Source of the DNA: an uncultured delta proteobacterium
GTDB lineage: Bacteria > Desulfobacterota > RBG-13-43-22
Reading direction: 5' to 3'
Assembly: GCA_963802945.1 (NCBI GenBank)
Contig: CAWDKY010000015.1
Span: 96,001-160,000 of the forward strand
Length of the DNA stretch: 64,000 nt
This document shows positions 40,385-50,461 of the stretch, piece by piece. Position 1 is the first letter of the stretch, and each line of letters begins with the position of its first letter. The notes below the pieces were generated by a model. That model was not told the DNA's origin, did no database searches, and saw only the letters and a program-made list of their open reading frames with translations. A program made the position numbers and the translations under genes.

Positions 40385-41464
40385 CTATCTGAGCTTTAAC
40401 GTACTCAAAGATAATAAACTCAGGATCACGGCAATGATCCAAAAACGGACGATTATTTTAGGCTCAGGCCACCCCTTTAATTCAAAATGATGGTGCAAGG
40501 GGGCCATTCGGAAAATCCTTTTCCCCCGGGTCATCTTGAAATATCCTACCTGAAAGATGACCGAGAGGGCCTCGATTAAAAAAAGTCCGCCGACAACGAT
40601 CAATAATATTTCATTTTTAGTGATCACCGCTACGGTTCCCAAGGCGGCCCCAAGGGGCAGGGAACCTACATCTCCCATAAAAAGCTGGGCCGGATAGCTA
40701 TTGAACCAGAGGAAGCCCATGCCGGCCCCGACCATGGCCCCGCAAAACACCGACAACTCTCCAGACCCGGGGACAAAGGGGATCTGGAGGTAATTAGCAA
40801 TCTTCAAATTTCCACTCAAATAACTCAGCAGCAGGAACGTGCCGAAGGCGATCGTGGCCGGGCCGATGGCCAAACCGTCCAGCCCATCGGTTAAATTGAC
40901 GGCATTAGAAGTGCCCACGATGATGATCAAGGCTAAAAGGATATAACCCCAGTAAAGGTCCGGAGTGACAGTCTTGAAAAAGGGGATATTCAGCCGGGTG
41001 TTGAATTTAAAATTCAGATACAAAAAGACGGCGGGTACCAAAGCAATAACAATCTGCAGGATAAATTTGGACTTGGCGTTCAGCCCTTTACTCTTTTTTT
41101 TGATCAGCATCAGATAGTCATCCAAAAACCCGATACCCCCAAAACATAGGGTGACCAACAGGACCAGCCAGATATACCAATTGGTCAGATCAGCCCAGAA
41201 AAGGGTTGCGATAGAGACGGCAAAAAGGATCAAGACTCCCCCCATAGTCGGGGTCCCCTCTTTGCTAAAATGAGAGCGGGGGCCCTCTTCCCGGATATAC
41301 TGACCGATCTGATACCTGGTCAGCAGTCGAACTACATAAGGTCCAAGAAGAAAGGTGATCAACAAGGCTGTCAAGGTGGAATAGATGGTCCTTAAGGTAA
41401 TGTAACGGAAGACATTGAAGAAAGAGATCTGACTATGTAAGGCATATAACAAATAATACAACAT
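40385..41464 (-). CDS. mraY: Phospho-N-acetylmuramoyl-pentapeptide transferase
   Basis: [34 protein letters not shown]. Confidence 0.97.
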   Translation of the reverse strand: MLYYLLYALHSQISFFNVFRYITLRTIYSTLTALLITFLLGPYVVRLLTRYQIGQYIREEGPRSHFSKEGTPTMGGVLILFAVSIATLFWADLTNWYIWLVLLVTLCFGGIGFLDDYLMLIKKKSKGLNAKSKFILQIVIALVPAVFLYLNFKFNTRLNIPFFKTVTPDLYWGYILLALIIIVGTSNAVNLTDGLDGLAIGPATIAFGTFLLLSYLSGNLKIANYLQIPFVPGSGELSVFCGAMVGAGMGFLWFNSYPAQLFMGDVGSLPLGAALGTVAVITKNEILLIVVGGLFLIEALSVIFQVGYFKMTRGKRIFRMAPLHHHFELKGWPEPKIIVRFWIIAVILSLLSLSTLKLR

Positions 41465-41467
41465 GGC

Positions 41468-42862
41468 TTACCCTTGCTCCTCCAAGGCCCTGACGATGGA
41501 CTCCATGTCCAAACCATGAGAACCTTTGACCAACAGCCAATCTCCTTCCCGGATGATGTCCGGTAAAAGATCGATTACTTCTTTATGATTCGATGCCCAG
41601 AAGGCCTTTTGCGGAGGCCGGATACCGCTTTTGGCCTCTTTCAGCATTTCCTCGGACAAGGGGCCTAAGCACAGAAGAAAATCCACTCCCATTTCTCCGA
41701 TCATCCTGCCGATTTTTTTGTGGGCCTCAGTTGACTGATTCCCGAGTTCCAGCATATCCCCAAGAACCAGCCCTCCCCTTGCCCCTTGCCTTAAAGATTG
41801 GAAGACCTCCAGGGCGGCCTTCATCGATGCCGGATTGGCATTATAGGTGTCGTCTATCAAACGGACTCCCAGGATGCCTTTTTTGGTTTGCAGCCGGTGA
41901 TCAGGGGGCTGAAAATTCTCCAGCCCTTGACGAACCCTTTTCAGGGAAAAGCCGAGCGCCAGGGCCGTTGCCGCTGCCCCCAGGGCATTAGTGCAATTAT
42001 GGGCTCCCTGAATAGGCAAAAATATTTCTTCTTCTCCTTGAAAAAGGATTCGGAAACGGACTCCCCACTCGGTACTGGTCAACCGATCTGCCCTAACTTG
42101 CGCCTCAGGGGCCTGACCGAAGGTTATTTTTCGGGCCTGGCAAGTTCGAGCCAGATCCCGTATCCATGGATCATCCCCATTGACCACCGCCCAATGTTCC
42201 GGTTCAAGGGCTTCAAAGAGTTCTCCCTTGGCCTTGGCCACGGCCGAAAGGGTTCCCAAACCTTCTAGGTGGGCTGGCCCGATATTGGTCAGCAATCCCA
42301 CGGATGGCCTTGCGATCTGGCATAGACGGGCAATCTCGCCGGAATGGTTCATACCCATTTCCATGACGGCAAATCGATGTCTTTCATTTAAAGAAAAAAG
42401 GGTCAAAGGCAAACCGATCCAGTTATTCAAGTTGCCTGGATTTTTTAAAGTCGGGCCTTCCTGTTCCAAAATGGCGGCCAGCATTTCCTTGGTCGTCGTC
42501 TTTCCGTTACTCCCACTGATCCCGATCACGGTCACCGGAAATTTTCTGCGCCAAAGGGAAGCTAAATCTCCCAAGGCCGAGAGAGTGTCCTTGACCTGGA
42601 TAACTACTTTATCCGCCGGCACCATCCCCGTTTCGGTGGGTTCGGAAACCAGAACGGCTGCTGCCCCTTTTTCAAAAGCCTGGCGGACATGATCGTGACC
42701 GTTAAATCGGGGGCCTTTCAAGGCAATAAATAGATCCCCGGCCTTCAGAGTCCTGGTATCGGTCGATACTCCGCTAGCCTTTCCCGCCAGATCTCCCTGA
42801 ATCAGCCGGCCGGATAGTCCGGAAATCAATTCGTCCCATACCAGTTCATCCGTGCTGAACAT
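41468..42862 (-). CDS. murF: UDP-MurNAc-tripeptide--D-Ala-D-Ala ligase
   Basis: GSNGKTTTKE, EMGMNH, DTYNANP, GDMLELG. Confidence 0.95.
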   Translation of the reverse strand: MFSTDELVWDELISGLSGRLIQGDLAGKASGVSTDTRTLKAGDLFIALKGPRFNGHDHVRQAFEKGAAAVLVSEPTETGMVPADKVVIQVKDTLSALGDLASLWRRKFPVTVIGISGSNGKTTTKEMLAAILEQEGPTLKNPGNLNNWIGLPLTLFSLNERHRFAVMEMGMNHSGEIARLCQIARPSVGLLTNIGPAHLEGLGTLSAVAKAKGELFEALEPEHWAVVNGDDPWIRDLARTCQARKITFGQAPEAQVRADRLTSTEWGVRFRILFQGEEEIFLPIQGAHNCTNALGAAATALALGFSLKRVRQGLENFQPPDHRLQTKKGILGVRLIDDTYNANPASMKAALEVFQSLRQGARGGLVLGDMLELGNQSTEAHKKIGRMIGEMGVDFLLCLGPLSEEMLKEAKSGIRPPQKAFWASNHKEVIDLLPDIIREGDWLLVKGSHGLDMESIVRALEEQG

Positions 42863-44390
42863 TCTCAGCCTCTATGGCCTTTCGGGCTTCTTCCCGATCA
42901 TCAAAGTCAACAGTTTTTGAACCAAGGAGTTGATAAGTTTCATGCCCTTTCCCGGCAATCAAGACTTTATCCCCGTGCTGGGCAAGGTTTAAAGCCAAGG
43001 CAATGGCCTCCCTACGATCAGGAACTATGGTGTATCCGGGAGATTCAGGGACTTCTTTCAAATCATCCCGATCCAGAAAGGTTACGCCTTGTTCCTTCAA
43101 CCCTTGTTCAATATCCAAAATAATTTTTTCAGGATCCTCGGACCTCGGATTATCCGAAGTGATTATCGTCAGGTGACTCAGTTGACCGGCAATACGACCC
43201 ATGATCGGCCGTTTTTGTTGATCCCGGTCCCCACCGCATCCGAACACGGTCAGGATTTTTCCTTCGCCATATCCATTCAAAGCCGACAAGGCAAAACGCA
43301 GGGCCTCCGGCTTATGAGAATAATCCACCAGAATGGTCAGACCCTTTTTATTGGGGACCGGTTCCATACGGCCGGGGACGATCGTCAGGGATTCAATCCC
43401 TTTTTGAATAATATTCCCCTTCAGAAGAAAACCCTCTCCCACCGCCCAGGCAGCCAGGATATTGTACATATTAAAACGCCCGATTAAGGAGGACTTCATA
43501 GGATATTCACCCTGGGGGGTCTGAATTCGGGCTTGGATTCCATTTAAACTTGAGCGAATCTCTAAAGGAAAGTAAGAGGCCTTATGCTCTATCCCAAAAT
43601 CTTTTTTAGGATCTTGACAATCCCGCCAGAGCCGTTGTCCATAAGGATCATCGCGATTAATAATGGCCAGACCTTTCCCATTTTTTTTAAGGTGTTGATG
43701 AAAAAGTCCGGTCTTGGCCTGAAAATACAATTCCATATCCTGGTGGTAGTCCAGATGATCTTGAGATAGATTGGTGAACACCGCCTGATCAAAAACCATC
43801 TCTCCCAACCTTCCCTGATCCAGGGCGTGGGAGGAAACCTCCATGACGACATGGGTGATCCCCTCCCTGACCATTTCGGCCAACAGGGCCTGCAGATCCA
43901 GAGATTCCGGTGTGGTTACCGGTGCAGGCTTTACCTTGGCCCCATAACGATAAGAGACCGTTCCCAAAACACCAACCGAAAATCCGGCTGTATTCAATAT
44001 CGATTCGACTAAGTAAGACGTGGTCGTCTTTCCACTCGTTCCGGTGATGCCGATCAGCCGGAGTCGGGAAGCGGGATAGCCATAAAAACAGGCCGACAAA
44101 AGTGAGAGGGCCTGCCGACTGTTTTTAACCTTGATCTGAGTCACCGAAGAAGGGACAGTCCCCTCCTCTTTCTCAACCACAACGGTCCGGGCCCCATTTT
44201 GGGCCGCTTGTTCTATAAAACGGTGCCCATCAGCCTTGTGACCCTTTATGGCTACAAACAACCCCTTTCCCATGACCTTCCTGGAGTCATAAGCCAGGTT
44301 GGTTATTTCCTGAGCCGTATCCCCTTTGATCTCTGTCCCGGGCAGTGCTTTTAACAATTCTTTGAGCTGCAAAAAACTCTTTCTCTTCAC
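42846..44390 (-). CDS. murE: UDP-MurNAc-dipeptide--meso-DAP ligase
   Basis: GTSGKTT, TTPES, MEVSSH, DNPR (DAP specificity), AGKGHE. Confidence 0.95.
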   Translation of the reverse strand: MKRKSFLQLKELLKALPGTEIKGDTAQEITNLAYDSRKVMGKGLFVAIKGHKADGHRFIEQAAQNGARTVVVEKEEGTVPSSVTQIKVKNSRQALSLLSACFYGYPASRLRLIGITGTSGKTTTSYLVESILNTAGFSVGVLGTVSYRYGAKVKPAPVTTPESLDLQALLAEMVREGITHVVMEVSSHALDQGRLGEMVFDQAVFTNLSQDHLDYHQDMELYFQAKTGLFHQHLKKNGKGLAIINRDDPYGQRLWRDCQDPKKDFGIEHKASYFPLEIRSSLNGIQARIQTPQGEYPMKSSLIGRFNMYNILAAWAVGEGFLLKGNIIQKGIESLTIVPGRMEPVPNKKGLTILVDYSHKPEALRFALSALNGYGEGKILTVFGCGGDRDQQKRPIMGRIAGQLSHLTIITSDNPRSEDPEKIILDIEQGLKEQGVTFLDRDDLKEVPESPGYTIVPDRREAIALALNLAQHGDKVLIAGKGHETYQLLGSKTVDFDDREEARKAIEAENVQHG

Positions 44391-46381
44391 AGAACCGGCT
44401 GAAATTGGATCTGACAGCGGGTTTTCTGATTTAAAATCATACCGGGCAAGGGCGATTGGGCCACGGCCTTTCCGCTCCCCAGGAAAACGACCGGGATTTC
44501 ATATCCCCTCATAACCTCAAGTACCTTACGCATACTCATTCCCCGGATATCAGGCATGATCCGCTTGGTTTGCAAATCCGCCGGATTGACCTTCTCTTCT
44601 TCTCCGGTTTTTTGGGCCATGATCAAAGGGGCCATGTCTGGTTTCTCGTAAAGAGGCTCATAGGGCTGTTCGGGGGGCGCAACCGGTGCAGGCCGTCTTA
44701 TGCCCAGTATGGATAAGGATTGCTCGGCTATCGCCTTGAAAATCGGGGCCGCAACTACTCCCCCATAATGGGATCCCTTGGGTTCGTCAACCACCACCAG
44801 GATGACCAAAGAAGGATCTTCGGCAGGGAGGAATCCCATAAAATTGGACATATATCTCCCCGGCGCATAGTTCCTGGTCTCCGGGGAAACCTTTTGGGCC
44901 GTACCTGTCTTTCCTCCGACCGAAAGGCCGTCAATGGCCGCCTGAGTGGCCGTTCCTCCTTCTTCAGTCACCCGGATCAAGAGATCCCGCATCACCCGGG
45001 CAGTTTCCGAAGAGATGACCTGGCGTACAAATTGAGGGGAAAATTTTTTAACCGGGCTCCCTTTCTGATCGAGAATTTGCTGGACCAGGTAGGGTTTCAT
45101 TAGACGGCCGTTATTGGCAATGGCCCCCAGGGCGCAAGCCAGTTGAATCGCTGTGACTGTGACCCCCTGACCAAAACAAATATTGGAGGCCTCAATTTCT
45201 CCCCAACGATGGTACGGCCAGACCACTCCACTGACTTCCCCTGGCAGATCAATGGCCGTTTCTTTTCCAAAGCCGAAATTTTTAAGATAGGTATAATGCG
45301 TCTTAGGCCCTAACTTTTTCCCTATTTTCGTGGCCCCGATATTACTGGAAAACTTGATCACATCCTGGAAAGACAGCCACCCATGGGGGTGGGCATCATG
45401 AATCACATGGCTTCCCACCCGATAGTTCCCGTTCTCACAGAAAATCATATCATTGGGGGAAAACTTTTTTTCCTCCAGGGCGCCAGCCAACAAAAAAGTC
45501 TTAAAGGTCGATCCCGGCTCAAAGGTATCGGTTATGGCCTGGTTCCTTCTAAAGGACGCCGGAGTCTTTTGAAAGATATTCAAATTAAAGGTCGGGTAAT
45601 TGGCCAGAGCAAGTACCTCCCCGGTTTTAGGATTCAGTACAATGGCCATCCCCCCTTTGGCCTGGGCCTTAATCACACCTTTTTTTAATTCTTTTTCAGT
45701 AAAATATTGTATGTCTTTATCGAGGGTCAAGACCAGGCTTAAGCCTTCATTTTCCTGGATAGACTCGACATCATTCAAATACAGAGACCGCCCCAAGGCA
45801 TCTCGAAAACTGGGTTCATATAAATAAGGACTCTTTAAATACGAATTGTATTGCCTCTCCAGACCTTCTAAACCATTGGGATCCGTTCCAATGAACCCGA
45901 TGACATGACAGGCCAAGTCCATATAGGGATAAAAGCGTTGGGCTTCTTTAGTAAAGGCCACCCCTTCCAAGGCCTTGGCCCGCACGGCCTCATATTCATT
46001 GGGGGTGGCCCGGCGTTTTATATAGACAAAGGGTTTGGATGGCTTAAGCAAATTGGAAAGATATTTCCGGTCCATGGAAAGTAGGGGGCTTAATTGAACT
46101 GAGACTTCCTGGATGTTTTTTATTTCTTTGGGTTGGGCAAAAATAGATTCCATTTCAACGGTCATAGCTAGTTCAAAACGGTTGCGGTCATAAATGATTC
46201 CCCGTTTATGGGACCTGGGAATCAGTTTTTCTATTTCTCCCTTGGCAATCCTGGCCAATTTGGGTCCCTCCCACAACTGGAGCTGGACAGCCCGTCCGAC
46301 GACTAAGATAAAGAGGAGACAAACTAGTCCAAAAACCCAATACAAACGAAAACGGATCCATTTGAATTCCGGGTCTCTCAT
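44387..46381 (-). CDS. ftsI: Peptidoglycan D,D-transpeptidase FtsI (PBP3) with PASTA domain
   Basis: RGIIYDRN, EPGSTFK, SSN, KTGTAQ. Confidence 0.95.
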   Translation of the reverse strand: MRDPEFKWIRFRLYWVFGLVCLLFILVVGRAVQLQLWEGPKLARIAKGEIEKLIPRSHKRGIIYDRNRFELAMTVEMESIFAQPKEIKNIQEVSVQLSPLLSMDRKYLSNLLKPSKPFVYIKRRATPNEYEAVRAKALEGVAFTKEAQRFYPYMDLACHVIGFIGTDPNGLEGLERQYNSYLKSPYLYEPSFRDALGRSLYLNDVESIQENEGLSLVLTLDKDIQYFTEKELKKGVIKAQAKGGMAIVLNPKTGEVLALANYPTFNLNIFQKTPASFRRNQAITDTFEPGSTFKTFLLAGALEEKKFSPNDMIFCENGNYRVGSHVIHDAHPHGWLSFQDVIKFSSNIGATKIGKKLGPKTHYTYLKNFGFGKETAIDLPGEVSGVVWPYHRWGEIEASNICFGQGVTVTAIQLACALGAIANNGRLMKPYLVQQILDQKGSPVKKFSPQFVRQVISSETARVMRDLLIRVTEEGGTATQAAIDGLSVGGKTGTAQKVSPETRNYAPGRYMSNFMGFLPAEDPSLVILVVVDEPKGSHYGGVVAAPIFKAIAEQSLSILGIRRPAPVAPPEQPYEPLYEKPDMAPLIMAQKTGEEEKVNPADLQTKRIMPDIRGMSMRKVLEVMRGYEIPVVFLGSGKAVAQSPLPGMILNQKTRCQIQFQPVL

Positions 46382-46704
46382 TTCAGGATCTCAATCTGTC
46401 CTTTTCCTGGAGGCCTCAATCCTAACTGGTTCAGGGCGATGCCTTCTATTCTTTCCGGAGATTTCATATTGGCCACTTGGATGCGCAATTTTTTGTTGAT
46501 TTCCATCAGCTCCTTTCTTTGATTCTGGGCGCTGGCGATATCATAGCTCAGACTCAAGGTCTGGACATGAAGCCGGATAAAGGCCAGAACCCCTAAGACC
46601 AAAAAGGTCAACAGGATAAAAAAATATTTTTTAGGGCCACGGGGAAGTTTTTCCCTAACTTTTTTCCCCCTCGAATGGGGCTGAGGCTTGATGGAAGCGT
46701 TCAA
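46378..46704 (-). CDS. ftsL: Cell division protein FtsL
   Basis: Basic N-terminus, TM, coiled coil, SPERIE..A...LGL; dcw position. Confidence 0.85.
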   Translation of the reverse strand: MNASIKPQPHSRGKKVREKLPRGPKKYFFILLTFLVLGVLAFIRLHVQTLSLSYDIASAQNQRKELMEINKKLRIQVANMKSPERIEGIALNQLGLRPPGKGQIEILK

Positions 46705-47640
46705 ACCAATCCTCCCATCCGTTCTCCTATCCGTAGTTTTGCCCCTCGTGACCGGGGATTCTCTTTTATCTCCTTTTGAGATGGAACAATAGGTTTAGAG
46801 CTTAGCCGTTTAAATGCCGGCTGATCCTTTGGCCGGCTTGGCTTTGCTAATCCGAGTGGATCCTGGGTCCCTCGTTCCAACTTTAAAAAGGCCTGTTTGA
46901 TGAGCCGGTCTTCTAAGGAATGATAGGCTATCAAACAGACCCTCCCTCCATCCGTCAAGGCCTCAAGAAACTGTTCCAGAAAAGCCTTTAACTGGATCAT
47001 CTCGTCATTAATCAAGATCCGCAGGGCCTGAAACGTCCGGGTGGCCGGATGAATCCGTCCTCCCCTGGGAATGGACCCTGATATCAGATCAGCCAATTCT
47101 CGCGTGGTCTTAACAGGCCTTTGGGCCTGAAAGGCCATAATTTTCCCGGCAAGGCGTCTGGCCCATCTTTCTTCCCCATATTCTTTTAAGACCCCGGTTA
47201 ATTCCTTTTTATTGGTCCGGGTCAACCATTCCCGGGCACTGATCCCCTGAGTCTGATCCATTCGCATATCCAAAGGATCATCCCGTTGGAAGCTGAACCC
47301 CCTTCCTGGATTTTCTATCTGAAAAGAAGAAAAACCCAGATCAAGGAGGATGCCGTCCACCGCACGGACACCCAATTTGGAAAGGATTTTTCTTAAGTCT
47401 CCAAATTTTCCATGAACCGGATGAAGTCGATTGGAAAAAGGTTTTAATCTCTCCCGGGCTAAAGCCAAACCTTCCGGGTCTCGATCTATCCCAATAACCT
47501 GGGTCGTTACAGGACTATGTTGAAAAATAGCCAGGGTATGTCCTCCAGTTCCGAGGGTGCCGTCCACAAAGAGGCCTCCCTTGTCACATTGAAGATAATG
47601 AACCACCTCATTAATCATTACCGGCTGATGGATGATCGAT
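46701..47640 (-). CDS. rsmH: 16S rRNA m4C1402 methyltransferase; true start apparently broken by an inserted base
   Basis: DGTLGTGGH, DLGFSS, LDMRMD, HPATRTFQALRI, HSLEDR; AAAGGAG-N7-AT(C)G ATC ATC CAT CAG CCG GTA ATG. Confidence 0.95.
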
Positions 47641-47653
47641 GTCGTTGCTCCTT

Positions 47654-48094
47654 TTAAAGACCTAACGAGGCCAATTTGTCTTCCAACACGGGCAAATTTT
47701 CTTTGCTTTTAGCCCATTCTTTTTCAAACTTGACCTTGTCCCAAATCTCAAAATATTTAAGCTGACCGACGAGGATGACCTCTTTCTCCAAGCCGGCATG
47801 TTCTCGAAGGGTCGGTGGTATCAGGATTCGGCTTTGGCTGTCCAGGCTGCACTCACAGGCCCCGGAAATAAAAAACCGTTTATAGGCACGGATATCCCTG
47901 TCTGCCAAGGAGAGCTGGCTTACTTTTTCTTCAATCTCCTGCCATTCTTGATAAGGGTAAACCGCCAGGCATTGGTCGGAGTTGGTCACAATTAGACGAG
48001 GGTCTCCGTTGGTTTTTATTAAGTCCCGAAATCGTGCCGGAACATTGACTCGACCCTTGGAGTCAATTAGATGGTTCGATCGGCCACGAAACAT
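47654..48094 (-). CDS. mraZ: Transcriptional regulator MraZ
   Basis: DSKGRVNVPARFR and DSQSRILIP SpoVT/AbrB repeats. Confidence 0.96.
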   Translation of the reverse strand: MFRGRSNHLIDSKGRVNVPARFRDLIKTNGDPRLIVTNSDQCLAVYPYQEWQEIEEKVSQLSLADRDIRAYKRFFISGACECSLDSQSRILIPPTLREHAGLEKEVILVGQLKYFEIWDKVKFEKEWAKSKENLPVLEDKLASLGL

Positions 48095-48120
48095 ATTTCT
48101 GCTCCCCTTTTATTGGTCTA

Positions 48121-48153
48121 ACTACCCACAATACTCCATAATTCCCCACTTTC
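48121..48153 (-). promoter_or_regulatory. MraZ-binding direct repeats
   Basis: Minus strand GTGGG-gaatt-ATGGA-gtatt-GTGGG with 10-bp period, upstream of mraZ. Confidence 0.75.
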
Positions 48154-48158
48154 ATGTA

Positions 48159-48186
48159 ACTATAGTAAAAAAACAGCCTTTGTCAA
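48159..48186 (-). promoter_or_regulatory. Sigma70-like dcw promoter
   Basis: TTGACA-N16-TATAGT just upstream of the MraZ boxes. Confidence 0.6.
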
Positions 48187-48358
48187 GGAAAAAAATAGGA
48201 TTACCGTTGGAAATTCTTTAAATTTCTCCCTTTGCCGGAGAAAAAGGGTTGCAGGTTGAAAAGGCCGGGAGGATGCATTATATTTATAGCTAATCGGAAG
48301 TAACCCGTTGTGCCAAAAAACGTTCAGGGTTTTGCGGACAATGATGTTGGGCAAAAAT

Positions 48359-48420
48359 AGAATTCAGAAGACAGAATTTAGAAGAAATCTCTTTATTCTG
48401 CTTCTGGGTCCTGGATTCTA
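48359..48420. repeat. Inverted array of degenerate heptamers (TCAGAA-like)
   Basis: agaattcagaagacagaatttagaa ... ttctgcttctgggtcctggattct; related to 34191-34274. Confidence 0.6.
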
Positions 48421-48451
48421 ACTTATGGTTTTTCATAAAAAAAGAGGAGTT

Positions 48452-50263
48452 ATGAATAACTTAGAGAAAAGAAAAAATATTTTACAGGAATTAAACCAGA
48501 ACCTCCCCACTCAAAAAGAACTGGAAAGGGAATTGAGCGATTATCTTTCCAAGAAATATGGAGACCGGGTAAAAATCATCACACCTTTTGTTTTCCCAAA
48601 GGAGGAAACCGAGGAAACTGAAGGCCCTCCTAAAGAAAAGAAAGGGGTGGCCTCAAAAATCAATTTTAATCTTAAGCCGGAAGAACTGGAAGCGTTTTTG
48701 AACGAATACGTCATCAGGCAGGATGAGGCCAAGGCCGTACTGGCCACCAAAATCTGCACCCATTTTAATCGCATCAAGTTCTGGGAGCAGCAGGACAAGG
48801 GAAACGGGTCCGATCCGGTGGGAATGATCAAAAACAATATCATCATGATCGGGCCTACGGGAGTTGGAAAAACTTATATAATTAAATTAATTGCCAAGAA
48901 ACTTGGAGTCCCTTTTGTCAAAGGGGATGCCACTAAATTCAGCGAAACCGGTTATGTAGGAGGAGATGTTGAGGATCTGGTAAGAGATTTGGTTTATGAG
49001 GCCGGTGATGATATTGAGTTAGCTCAATACGGGATCATTTACATAGATGAGATCGATAAAATCGCTGCCAGCAGCCAGATGATCGGCCCTGATGTATCCC
49101 GAACCGGGGTCCAAAGGGCTTTGCTGAAACCCATGGAAGAAACCGAAGTGGACTTGAGGGTTTCCCATGACCCGATCTCGCAAATACAGGCCATAGAAAA
49201 TTATCGTAAAACCGGGAAAAAGGAAAAGAGAACCGTCAATACCCGGAATATTCTATTCATTGTCAGCGGGGCCTTTAATCACCTGGAAAAAATCATTCAA
49301 AAAAGGATCCAGGAAAAGGGAATGGGATTCGGTGCTTCTCTCAAATCTAAGAAGCAGACCGCTAAACTGCTGAGCCAGGTGCGCGCCGAAGACCTGATTG
49401 CCTATGGATTTGAATCGGAGTTTGTGGGAAGATTGCCGGTGGCCGTTGTCCTGGAAGAGCTGTCCGAAGAAGACCTTTATCAGATTCTGAAAAACCCCAA
49501 TAACCCGATTATTCGAAGCAAGAAGAGGGATTTTAAATCTTACGGCATCGACATCCTGTTTGAAGACGAAGCCCTTCGCCTATTGGCCCAAAAGGCTTTT
49601 AAAGAAAAGACCGGGGCCCGGGGCCTAGTCAGTGTAGTGGAAAAGTCCTTAATTAAATTTGAAAAAAAATTACCTTCCACCTCGATTAATCAACTTCTCG
49701 TTTCACGTGAAGTGGTCCTCAATCCGGAAACGGAACTGGAACGGCTTTTGAGCGATCCGGAAAATCCCAAAACAAAGGCCGCTTTTCTTGATGCCTGGGA
49801 TAAGGAACAAAAGACCCTAATTGAAAGGCTTAAAGAAAAGAGTTCTGAATTCACCGCCCGGTTTGACAGCGGATTAACGGAATTCCGAATGAAATTGGCC
49901 GCGGGGCGTTGTCTGGAATTGGTTCAGGATTTCCCAAGATCTCTCGAAGAAGTATGGCAGATGATCCGGCAGGTCCGGGAATATGAACTGCGTTTTTTCG
50001 AGCGCTTCGGGATCAGTCTGAAGTTCTCCGAGGATGGGATCGATGCGGTCCTTCAAAAGGCCATCGAGTCTAAGGTGAGTGTCTGGTCCATTTGTGAAAA
50101 TCTATCAAAAGATTTCGAGTATGGATTTAAACTGGTCCAGGAAAAAACCGGAAGGAATCAATTTATCATAACCCCGGAAGCCGTTTCCAACCCGGAAGGT
50201 TATATTCAACAACTGATCCGAACCTATTACCAGGGCGGGGAAACGGGACCGAATGAAAAATAA
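48452..50263 (+). CDS. ClpX-like AAA+ ATPase without Zn-binding domain, with C-terminal extension
   Basis: GPTGVGKT, DATKFSETGYVGGDVE, YIDEIDKI, GVQRALLK, MGF loop, GARGL; GAGGA RBS before ATG 48452. Confidence 0.88.
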   Translation: MNNLEKRKNILQELNQNLPTQKELERELSDYLSKKYGDRVKIITPFVFPKEETEETEGPPKEKKGVASKINFNLKPEELEAFLNEYVIRQDEAKAVLATKICTHFNRIKFWEQQDKGNGSDPVGMIKNNIIMIGPTGVGKTYIIKLIAKKLGVPFVKGDATKFSETGYVGGDVEDLVRDLVYEAGDDIELAQYGIIYIDEIDKIAASSQMIGPDVSRTGVQRALLKPMEETEVDLRVSHDPISQIQAIENYRKTGKKEKRTVNTRNILFIVSGAFNHLEKIIQKRIQEKGMGFGASLKSKKQTAKLLSQVRAEDLIAYGFESEFVGRLPVAVVLEELSEEDLYQILKNPNNPIIRSKKRDFKSYGIDILFEDEALRLLAQKAFKEKTGARGLVSVVEKSLIKFEKKLPSTSINQLLVSREVVLNPETELERLLSDPENPKTKAAFLDAWDKEQKTLIERLKEKSSEFTARFDSGLTEFRMKLAAGRCLELVQDFPRSLEEVWQMIRQVREYELRFFERFGISLKFSEDGIDAVLQKAIESKVSVWSICENLSKDFEYGFKLVQEKTGRNQFIITPEAVSNPEGYIQQLIRTYYQGGETGPNEK

Positions 50264-50270
50264 AAGAATC

Positions 50271-50387
50271 CAAAATTCGAAGCACGAAACAAGTTCAAAT
50301 GACCAAAATGCAAAAACCCAAACGTTTTAATATTGGAAATTGAAGTTTTGGATTTGCTTCGGATTTCGTGCTTTGAATTTTGAATTT
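50271..50387. repeat. Inverted degenerate heptamer array
   Basis: caaaattcgaagcacgaaac ... gatttcgtgctttgaattttg. Confidence 0.65.
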
Positions 50388-50461
50388 GCTCTCCAATTTT
50401 TTTGGTATATAGAGGTCGAAAATAATTTCTTAGAATAAAAAATAGAAGAAACTAACGCACA

